Program-made: the position numbers and the translations under genes | Part shown: in pieces, positions 45,343 through 51,676 of the stretch | How the letters are laid out: the number at the start of each line of letters is the position of its first letter | Position numbering within the stretch: the first letter of the stretch is position 1 | The notes under the pieces: generated by a model | Told to the model about the DNA's origin: nothing | Seen by the model: only the letters and a program-made list of their open reading frames with translations | Databases searched by the model: none | DNA from: a phage | Sequence record: PZ534515.1 | Reading direction: 5' to 3' (one strand) | DNA length: 64,000 bases

Positions 45343-45799
45343 AATTATAATAAGTATTTCAAGATGATGTTTTGAGAGGGCTATTTATCCCCTCCCTTAA
45401 AGAGTTCTTACGAGTATTCTTTAAAGGAGCAGAAGACCAAATACAGCAAGTTACTTAAAATTTCAAGCCAATTTAATTTTGAAAAATTTAAAACTTGGTC
45501 TGGCTCAACAAATTTACAGAAGACCGTTTACAGCAAAACTTAAACAATCTATTTCTCCGGTAAAGAAAAGGCGAAGGTTCGATTCCTTCACTCGGCAGAT
45601 GTCGAGTTGGTGTAATGGTAGCACTTAAGATGATAAACAACGGTCTGGTAATTATCTTTGCAGTAGCTTATGTGGCTAATTATGTCGTCCCATGAGTGCC
45701 GATGAATTTCCTTAGCATGATTCTAGATTAGCTTAATAGGAAATGACTCTACAGACCCTTTAGCAAGGTCTGCGTAGGTTACTGCAAAGGTAATTTAAT

Positions 45800-45875
45800 G
45801 GAAGTGTAGCAGAATGGTGATGCGGCAGACTTTTAATCTGACAGGCGATGGGTTCGAATCCCTCCACTTCTACCA
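45800..45875 (+). tRNA. tRNA-Lys (anticodon TTT), CCA encoded
   Basis: Acceptor ggaagtg/cacttct, D-arm gca-gaatggtga-tgc, anticodon loop ctTTTaa. Weak T-stem (ggg/ccc) shared with the paralogous tRNA-Lys(CTT). Confidence 0.6.
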
Positions 45876-45879
45876 ATAT

Positions 45880-45956
45880 GGTTCAGTCGCAGATAAGGTA
45901 ATGCAGGGGTCTCATAAGCCCTATGAATGTGGGTTCGATTCCCATCTGAACCTCCA
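45880..45956 (+). tRNA. tRNA with anticodon CAT (Met-type), CCA encoded
   Basis: Acceptor ggttcag/ctgaacc, anticodon stem ggggt/gccct with loop ctCATaa, T-arm gtggg-ttcgatt-cccat. Confidence 0.65.
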
Positions 45957-45957
45957 A

Positions 45958-46033
45958 GCTGGTATAGTTAAGAAGGTTATAACACTCCCCTGATAAGGGA
46001 ATATCGGTGGTTCGATTCCACCTACCAGTACCA
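45958..46033 (+). tRNA. tRNA-Ile (anticodon GAT), CCA encoded
   Basis: D-arm gtta-agaaggtta-taac, anticodon loop ctGATaa, T-arm ggtgg-ttcgatt-ccacc. Confidence 0.65.
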
Positions 46034-46048
46034 ATTTCAATAAAGTTG

Positions 46049-46077
46049 TTGACATTAACATGTGACCACTTTATAGT
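46049..46077 (+). promoter_or_regulatory. internal sigma70-like promoter in the tRNA bank (TTGACA-17 bp-TATAGT)
   Basis: Hexamers and spacing read directly. Confidence 0.5.
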
Positions 46078-46278
46078 AACCTTAGTTTTCGTTGCGTAGC
46101 GTCTATTTTGCAAATTTAAAATAAATGCAAACGACAATGTTTTTCTGGCAGTAGCTTGATAGGCTAAACACCAGTGAGGTCTTCCAATCCCTCATCAAAG
46201 AATTTGGCGTACTCGCCCACGGTATGATTAATAAGGTGGGCATCTTTAAGGGCTTTCTAAGAGAGTCTTTAAAGATTA

Positions 46279-46355
46279 ATGCACCCTTAGTTCAATTGGA
46301 TAGAGCAACGGTCTTCTAAATCGTTAGTTACAGGTTCGAATCCTGTAGGGTGTGC
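46279..46355 (+). tRNA. tRNA-Arg (anticodon TCT), CCA encoded
   Basis: D-arm gttc-aattggata-gagc, anticodon stem acggt/atcgt with loop ctTCTaa, T-arm acagg-ttcgaat-cctgt. Confidence 0.7.
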
Positions 46356-46499
46356 CAAATAGTTAGCAGATTGCTTAGACGACCTTATCGGGTCTCCGTG
46401 TAAGGAGGTGGTCTGTATCTCATGTTTTCCAGAACATGTAAATAATCTGAGAAGGGGCTTTACAGTGTTGCGAAAATACGGTAAGCTTCGAATTATAGT

Positions 46500-46582
46500 G
46501 TGGGACGATGTTAAGACTCTAAGGCATGAGCAACGGCCTCCAAAACCGTTTCAAAGGGGTTCAACTCCTCCGTCCCATGCCA
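46500..46582 (+). tRNA. tRNA-like gene, probable tRNA-Trp (anticodon CCA) with an enlarged D region
   Basis: Acceptor gtgggac/gtcccat, anticodon arm aacgg(c)-ctCCAaa-(a)ccgtt, T-loop ttcaact. About 7 extra nt between acceptor and anticodon arm; needs a tRNA scanner. Confidence 0.4.
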
Positions 46583-46595
46583 AAGTCTTATTAGG

Positions 46596-46683
46596 GGTAG
46601 GTAGCGGCTAATGGCAGCCAAACAGTCTTGAAAACTGTTGCCACTGTAGAGATACGGTGAGGGTTCGACTCCTTTACTTACCG
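46596..46683 (+). tRNA. tRNA-Ser (anticodon TGA), long variable arm, CCA not encoded
   Basis: 88 nt. Acceptor ggtaggt/acttacc, anticodon loop ctTGAaa, T-arm gaggg-ttcgact-ccttt. Confidence 0.6.
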
Positions 46684-46837
46684 CCTAATAAGATTTAAAG
46701 CCAAGCTTCATTCGGATGTTGCTTTGGTATCCCTCGTGTATTGTCGTACACACTGATAAAGCACCTAGTAGGTGTCACGGAGAAGAGATAATATCAAGCT
46801 CTCCAAAGGTTCTAGTCACCGGATTAAACAAGACTAT

Positions 46838-46862
46838 GCAAAGACCAATTTAGGTCTTTTTA
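46838..46862 (+). terminator. rho-independent terminator inside the tRNA bank
   Basis: aagacc-aattt-aggtctt hairpin followed by TTTT. Confidence 0.5.
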
Positions 46863-46940
46863 GAGGGCTTCTAAGGTTATTACAGCTTGTTGTGGAACCT
46901 TGTTGCTTAGGTTCTTAGAAGTTCTCTAAAAAGATTTAAT

Positions 46941-47017
46941 GCACCTATAGCCCAACTGGTAGAGGCAGCAGACTTAGAATCTGCTCAGTGTGAGTTCGAA
47001 TCTCTCTAGGTGTACCA
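46941..47017 (+). tRNA. tRNA with anticodon TAG (Leu), short variable arm, CCA encoded
   Basis: Acceptor gcaccta/taggtgt, anticodon stem gcaga/tctgc with loop ctTAGaa, T-loop ttcgaat. Variable loop is only about 5 nt. Confidence 0.55.
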
Positions 47018-47024
47018 AATTAAT

Positions 47025-47100
47025 GCAGGTGTAGCAAAATGGTTATGCGGCTGACTCTTAATCAGTAAGACGATGGGTTCAATTCCCTCCACCTGTACCA
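47025..47100 (+). tRNA. tRNA-Lys (anticodon CTT), CCA encoded
   Basis: Close paralog of tRNA-Lys(TTT): acceptor gcaggtg/cacctgt, anticodon loop ctCTTaa. Confidence 0.6.
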
Positions 47101-47106
47101 AACATT

Positions 47107-47182
47107 GGGGTCATAGTTTATATGGTTAAAATTCGAGTTTTGCAAACTTGGGAACTGAGTTCAATTCTCAGTGACTCCACCA
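47107..47182 (+). tRNA. tRNA-Ala (anticodon TGC), CCA encoded
   Basis: Acceptor ggggtca/tgactcc, anticodon loop ttTGCaa, T-arm ctgag-ttcaatt-ctcag. Confidence 0.65.
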
Positions 47183-47188
47183 ATTAGT

Positions 47189-47263
47189 GCATCCATAGTT
47201 TAAACGGGAAAATTACAGTCTTCCAAACTGAGGTTGAGGGTTCGATTCCCTCTGGATGCTCCA
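47189..47263 (+). tRNA. tRNA-Gly (anticodon TCC), CCA encoded
   Basis: Perfect acceptor gcatcca/tggatgc, anticodon loop ctTCCaa, T-arm gaggg-ttcgatt-ccctc. Confidence 0.7.
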
Positions 47264-47269
47264 AACAAT

Positions 47270-47346
47270 GCTGCTTTCGTATAATTGGCTATTACACATC
47301 CCTTGTAAGGATGGAGATGCGGGTTCAAGTCCTGTGAGCAGCACCA
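47270..47346 (+). tRNA. tRNA-Thr (anticodon TGT), CCA encoded
   Basis: Acceptor gctgctt/gagcagc, anticodon stem catcc/ggatg with loop ctTGTaa, T-loop ttcaagt. Confidence 0.7.
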
Positions 47347-47441
47347 ATTCAGAGGTCAAGTGAAAGACCGCTGGTGTCAACTGAAGACCGTAACAAATTC
47401 CACGGAGTTGAGTTAGCGGCACAACTTCAGACCTCTTTCAT

Positions 47442-47516
47442 ACTCGCTTAGTTTATATGGTAAAACATCACCCTTACAAGATGAAGAAAAAGGTTCAAGT
47501 CCTTTAGTGAGTACCA
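47442..47516 (+). tRNA. tRNA-Val (anticodon TAC), CCA encoded
   Basis: Acceptor actcgct/agtgagt, anticodon loop ctTACaa, T-arm aaagg-ttcaagt-ccttt. Confidence 0.6.
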
Positions 47517-47517
47517 T

Positions 47518-47595
47518 GTTCCAGTATCCCAATTGGCAGAGGATGCAAGCTCAAACCTTGTACTAGTGACGGTTCGAATCCGTCTTGGAACACCA
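47518..47595 (+). tRNA. tRNA with anticodon CAA (Leu), short variable arm, CCA encoded
   Basis: Acceptor gttccag/ttggaac, anticodon stem gcaag/cttgt with loop ctCAAac, T-arm gacgg-ttcgaat-ccgtc. Confidence 0.55.
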
Positions 47596-47600
47596 ATTTT

Positions 47601-47676
47601 GCAGGATTAGTTCAAATGGATAGAGCAACAGTCTACGAAGCTGTTAATAGGGGTTCGAATCCCTTATCCTGCACCA
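47601..47676 (+). tRNA. tRNA-Arg (anticodon ACG), CCA encoded
   Basis: Perfect acceptor gcaggat/atcctgc, D-arm gttc-aaatggata-gagc, anticodon loop ctACGaa. Confidence 0.7.
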
Positions 47677-47695
47677 ATTTAAAGAGGCTATTTAG

Positions 47696-48253
47696 ATGAG
47701 ATATTTGAAGTATGCTTCATGGATTTTCCTAGCTTTGTTAGACCCATTGGCAGCAACCTTAGCAGTTATCTTAGCACCTTTTGTAGTTCCATTCTATAGT
47801 GAGAAGAAAGGACATCTACCTTTTGGATTCAGATGGATGGAGACATATGACAACCCCATTGATGGTGATGAAGGTCACATTAAACGATGGGCTAAGATTA
47901 GAAAGATTGGTAAGCTTGGTGTCTATTTGCAGAGAGTTGGATGGCTCTGGAGAAACAAAGCTTATAACTTCTCTTACCATGTGTTAGGAAGAGATATAAA
48001 AGATGTTACTAAGTGGAAAGGTAATATCAACGTAAGCTCTGACCCTGAAGATAATCAGACAGGTTATCTCCTAATGTGGAACAGTAATGCTTGGGGATTA
48101 TTCGCTTTTATCCCATCAATTAAAGTCTTTGGTAAACAATTCTACTGGAGAATTTATGTTGGGTGGAAACTAAAAAGTGTTGTCCCAGAAGAAAGAGCAT
48201 TCTCAAGGGAAAGAGTTATGTTGGCATTCTTTATTCATCCACTGAGAAAGTAA
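47696..48253 (+). CDS. hypothetical membrane protein embedded in the tRNA bank
   Basis: ATG with AAGAGG 8 nt upstream. N-terminal TM helix (WIFLALLDPLAATLAVILAPFVV), Trp-rich. Flanked by tRNAs on both sides. Confidence 0.5.
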   Translation: MRYLKYASWIFLALLDPLAATLAVILAPFVVPFYSEKKGHLPFGFRWMETYDNPIDGDEGHIKRWAKIRKIGKLGVYLQRVGWLWRNKAYNFSYHVLGRDIKDVTKWKGNINVSSDPEDNQTGYLLMWNSNAWGLFAFIPSIKVFGKQFYWRIYVGWKLKSVVPEERAFSRERVMLAFFIHPLRK

Positions 48254-48261
48254 AGATTTAA

Positions 48262-48337
48262 AGGGGATTAGTTTACAAGGTTAAAACCTCGGTCTTTGAA
48301 ATCGAAGAAGTTGGTTCAATTCCAACATCCCCCGCCA
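48262..48337 (+). tRNA. tRNA-Gln (anticodon TTG), CCA encoded
   Basis: Anticodon stem tcggt/atcga with loop ctTTGaa, T-arm gttgg-ttcaatt-ccaac. Confidence 0.6.
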
Positions 48338-48339
48338 AT

Positions 48340-48418
48340 GCTCCATTACTCCAATTGGCAGAGAGGCCAGACTTAAAATCTGTGTTATGTATCGGTTCGA
48401 ATCCGATATGGAGTACCA
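48340..48418 (+). tRNA. tRNA with anticodon TAA (Leu), variable region about 8 nt, CCA encoded
   Basis: Acceptor gctccat/atggagt, anticodon loop ctTAAaa, perfect T-arm atcgg-ttcgaat-ccgat. Confidence 0.55.
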
Positions 48419-48423
48419 AATTT

Positions 48424-48499
48424 AGCGGTATAGCATAACTGTCAATGCAGCAGTCTCTGAAGCTGTCCTATTAAGGTTCAAATCCTTATGCCGCTGCCA
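48424..48499 (+). tRNA. tRNA-Gln (anticodon CTG), CCA encoded
   Basis: Acceptor agcggta/tgccgct, anticodon loop ctCTGaa, T-arm taagg-ttcaaat-cctta. Confidence 0.65.
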
Positions 48500-48522
48500 C
48501 TTCTAAGGATTCTTACGAGAGT

Positions 48523-48598
48523 CTTTAAATGTGGCCTTATCATAAATGGTAATGACCCATGCTGTGAACATGGTCTATACGGGTTCAAATCCCGTAGG
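48523..48598 (+). tRNA. tRNA-His (anticodon GTG), CCA encoded
   Basis: Anticodon stem ccatg/catgg with loop ctGTGaa, T-arm acggg-ttcaaat-cccgt. Confidence 0.65.
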
Positions 48599-48603
48599 TC
48601 ACC

Positions 48604-48679
48604 CCAATTTATAGTCCAAGTAGCTTATATGGTTAAAGCGCGTGTCTGAAAAACATGAGAAGAGGGTTCAAATCCCACT
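48604..48679 (+). tRNA. tRNA-Phe (anticodon GAA), CCA encoded
   Basis: Acceptor agtccaa/ctggact, anticodon loop ctGAAaa, T-loop ttcaaat. Confidence 0.6.
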
Positions 48680-48695
48680 GGACTACCAATTTCAA

Positions 48696-49439
48696 AGGTG
48701 CTTAATGAAAGAGATGACAGAACAAGGTAAGGAGATTTTTAATCTCTTAAAAACCGGTAGAGGGTTTTCTAATCCCCTTATTACTGGTGCAGCAGTTCTA
48801 GGTGGAACCGTAGCTGCCTCTACATCACTTGTAAGCTCTATTAGCTCTGTAACAGACCCTGCAATGAAGGATAAGCTCATTGCTGCTGGACTTACAACAG
48901 TTCTGCTTAATAGCTTTACAACGAGTCTGACAAGCACTACATCAACTACTAAGACATTGACAGATTATGGTCAAAAATCTATTGATGAGTTTTCCTCACG
49001 TATGCAGGTAGCAAAAGGCTACTCCAATGTTATGGGTGCAGCAGGAGAGCAAGTTGGTTGTACACCATTTAGTGGTATTATGGGTGTTGCTACAGAGTAT
49101 GGTCAAAAAGCTATGGATACAATTAACAGCACACTAGATGGCGTTAATGATGTATTAAGTGACTTACAGGATGCTATTGATAAAGGGCTTGATACTATTT
49201 CTGATTTAGCTAACCAAGCTGTTAGTAAGATTAATGAAGGTATCTCGAAGATTACAGCTTATGCAGATGAAGTTGTGCAGATGATTGAAGAAGAAGCTGC
49301 CCTTATTGCAGAGTACCTTAAAACGAATATCAATGGGTTCTTAGCAGGTATCTTACCAGACTGGTTTGACGATGCTTGTAAAACTGGTGTGATTGACACT
49401 ATTGCAACACCAGAAATGAAGAACGCATTACAGAAATAA
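48696..49439 (+). CDS. hypothetical protein (Ser/Thr/Ala-rich, helical) between tRNA genes
   Basis: In-frame ATG just after tRNA-Phe with AAAGG upstream; the track start at 48642 would overlap the tRNA. Confidence 0.5.
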   Translation, partial: RCLMKEMTEQGKEIFNLLKTGRGFSNPLITGAAVLGGTVAASTSLVSSISSVTDPAMKDKLIAAGLTTVLLNSFTTSLTSTTSTTKTLTDYGQKSIDEFSSRMQVAKGYSNVMGAAGEQVGCTPFSGIMGVATEYGQKAMDTINSTLDGVNDVLSDLQDAIDKGLDTISDLANQAVSKINEGISKITAYADEVVQMIEEEAALIAEYLKTNINGFLAGILPDWFDDACKTGVIDTIATPEMKNALQK

Positions 49440-49440
49440 T

Positions 49441-49533
49441 GGAAGATTAACCCTAAAAGGTAAGGGAGCAGTTTGCTAAACTGCCAGTAGCTGAGAAATC
49501 GGTGTACCAGTTCAAGTCTGGTATCTTCCTCCA
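49441..49533 (+). tRNA. tRNA-Ser (anticodon GCT), long variable arm, CCA encoded
   Basis: Acceptor ggaagat/atcttcc, anticodon stem gcagt/actgc with loop ttGCTaa, T-arm accag-ttcaagt-ctggt. About 90 nt. Confidence 0.65.
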
Positions 49534-49537
49534 ATTT

Positions 49538-49613
49538 GAATCCGTGACAGAAATGGATATGTGCCTGTCTGCAAAACAGGTTTATAAGGGTTCGAGTCCC
49601 TTCGGATTCTCCA
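49538..49613 (+). tRNA. tRNA-Cys (anticodon GCA), CCA encoded
   Basis: Perfect acceptor gaatccg/cggattc, anticodon stem cctgt/acagg with loop ctGCAaa, T-loop ttcgagt. Confidence 0.7.
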
Positions 49614-49654
49614 AGTTATTTTACTCTCTCTCAATTAAAATAATAATAATGCCC

Positions 49655-49712
49655 TGCTATAAGTATTCTTCTTTTCGCTACCGAAGAGTATTTTTAGACA
49701 GGGCTTTTTTTA
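49655..49712 (+). terminator. rho-independent terminator closing the tRNA bank
   Basis: gccctg ... cagggc stem followed by TTTTTTT. Confidence 0.55.
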
Positions 49713-49836
49713 CAGAGTTATACTTTATAAGAAGCCTTATACAGTATGTCTCTGACGTACATTGTGGTTTCTCCTTGACGGTCTCTGTACCGTCTTTTTT
49801 AAGGGGAAACATGGTTAATTATTTGGAGAAAACATA

Positions 49837-50037
49837 ATGAGCGAGACCGTTTATAAAGAACTTTATGAAGCTAATAAGAAGCTAGAATTTATGCAGAATA
49901 CTATCATGGCAATTGCAGACAGATTGTCTGTAGCAACAGGTATTGATATCAAAGAAGCATCTATGGATGCACTTCTTGATGCTGTTGATGCAAAGTTCGA
50001 AGTTAAGAAAGAAGAGACTGCTACAGACTCTGAATAA
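49837..50037 (+). CDS. hypothetical small protein upstream of terminase (possible small terminase subunit or partner)
   Basis: 66 aa, acidic, predicted helical. Function inferred from position only. Confidence 0.3.
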   Translation: MSETVYKELYEANKKLEFMQNTIMAIADRLSVATGIDIKEASMDALLDAVDAKFEVKKEETATDSE

Positions 50038-50058
50038 TTCTATTTGCGGAGGTGCTTA

Positions 50059-51660
50059 ATGGACTTAAATGCTGTTAAGCAGAAGCGAGTGGAAGATGTT
50101 AGGAAAGTCCTAGCTGGAGAGTTGGGGCTTTCTGATGAAGTAAAAGAAATTATCAAATCATTCGGTAAAGACCCCTCTAAATTCCTTCCAACTCAAATTC
50201 TGACTTTATTAAGATACACACCAGACCAAGTTAGACTTATCTTCAAATTGATGACTGATAAGAACTATGTAGCCCCTCAGCCGGGTTCTCAAGAGGTCTT
50301 TTTAAATACTAATGCTGATTTGGTTCTCTATGGTGGTGCTGCTGGTGCTGGTAAAACCGCTGCATTGTTAATGGACTCTTTAAGATTTATTGAAGACCCT
50401 AACTATAACGCTGTATATTTCCGTCGAAATACAACACAGTTACAAGGTGGTTTATGGCCTGCTGCAAAGAAACTATTTGGTAAGTTTGGTGGGGTTCCTC
50501 ACGAGCAGAAGATGACTATCACGTTCCCTTCTGGGGCAACTATCAAGTTCACCTACCTAGAACTTGAAAAGCACGCTGAAGGTCATCAGGGTATTGAATA
50601 CTCGGCTATTTACTTTGACGAAGGTACACACTTCTCTGCTTCACAGATTTCATACCTACAGACTCGTCTACGTTCTGGGGCTGAAGGCGATTCATACATG
50701 AAGATTTCCATGAACCCAGACAGAGACCATTTTATTTATGATTGGGTAGAACCATTCTTAGATGAAGAAGGATATCCAGACCCTGAGAAGTGTGGTCGTA
50801 TTCGTTGGTATGTTATGAATGATGGTGTGATGGTCTCTGATTGGGAGAGAGACAAGATTCTTGAGATGTTCCCTCTTGAGATTCCTCAGACATACACCTT
50901 CATCTCTGGTACGATTGATGATAACCCAATTCTTGACTTCTTAGAACCTAAATACCGTGGTAAGTTGGAAAACAACACACCTGTAAACGTTGCAAGACTT
51001 CGTTTCGGTAACTGGAAGGCTCGTGCAGAAGGTTCAAACTATTGGCAAAGACAATGGTGTGAGATTGTTGATTCACTCCCAGAAGATGTGTTTGATGTCA
51101 GAGCATGGGACTTAGCAGCGACTTTACCATCTGAAATTAACCCTAACCCAGACTGGACAGCGGGTGTTAAGATGGGTAAATCTAAAAAAGACGGTTGCTA
51201 TTATATCATTGATGTAGTAAGATTTAGAGATAGACCCTCTGGAGTCGAAACACAAATTAATTTGACTGCTGAAAGTGACGGTAAGCGAACTGGTATTTTT
51301 ATCCCTCAAGACCCAGGCGCTGCTGGTAAATCCTATGCAACATCCCTCATCAGGAAACTTGCCGAGAAAGGTTATCGCGCAAGAGCTAAACCAACAAATA
51401 AAGATAAAGTTACCCGCTTTGCGGGATTTTCTGCTGCTTCTGAAGCTGGACTTGTAAAAGTCTTGAGAGGCAGTTGGAACGAAGCTTACTTTCAAGAACT
51501 TGAAGGTTTTTGTGGTGACGGTAAAACTAAAGATGACCAAGTGGATGCTACCAGTGATGCTTTCAACAGTCTTAACGAAGTTAAATTATTCAAGCCACCA
51601 TCAATGGGTGCTCACACAGACTTAGTGAGAGGAAACCCATATGAGGGGCTTAGACGTTGA
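50059..51660 (+). CDS. terminase large subunit
   Basis: Walker A VLYGGAAGAGKTAAL, Walker B-like IYFDEGTHF, and a C-terminal nuclease region with conserved acidic residues. GGAGG upstream of the ATG. Confidence 0.75.
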   Translation: MDLNAVKQKRVEDVRKVLAGELGLSDEVKEIIKSFGKDPSKFLPTQILTLLRYTPDQVRLIFKLMTDKNYVAPQPGSQEVFLNTNADLVLYGGAAGAGKTAALLMDSLRFIEDPNYNAVYFRRNTTQLQGGLWPAAKKLFGKFGGVPHEQKMTITFPSGATIKFTYLELEKHAEGHQGIEYSAIYFDEGTHFSASQISYLQTRLRSGAEGDSYMKISMNPDRDHFIYDWVEPFLDEEGYPDPEKCGRIRWYVMNDGVMVSDWERDKILEMFPLEIPQTYTFISGTIDDNPILDFLEPKYRGKLENNTPVNVARLRFGNWKARAEGSNYWQRQWCEIVDSLPEDVFDVRAWDLAATLPSEINPNPDWTAGVKMGKSKKDGCYYIIDVVRFRDRPSGVETQINLTAESDGKRTGIFIPQDPGAAGKSYATSLIRKLAEKGYRARAKPTNKDKVTRFAGFSAASEAGLVKVLRGSWNEAYFQELEGFCGDGKTKDDQVDATSDAFNSLNEVKLFKPPSMGAHTDLVRGNPYEGLRR

Positions 51661-51676
51661 TAGCTAGGTGAGAAGA

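Noticed and set aside
44695-47422. Track ORFs 44695-44946(-), 44861-45100(-), 45883-46137(-), 46408-46611(+) and 47213-47422(-)
   Set aside because: They lie across tRNA genes or tRNA spacers, have no ribosome-binding sites, and are explained by tRNA sequence.
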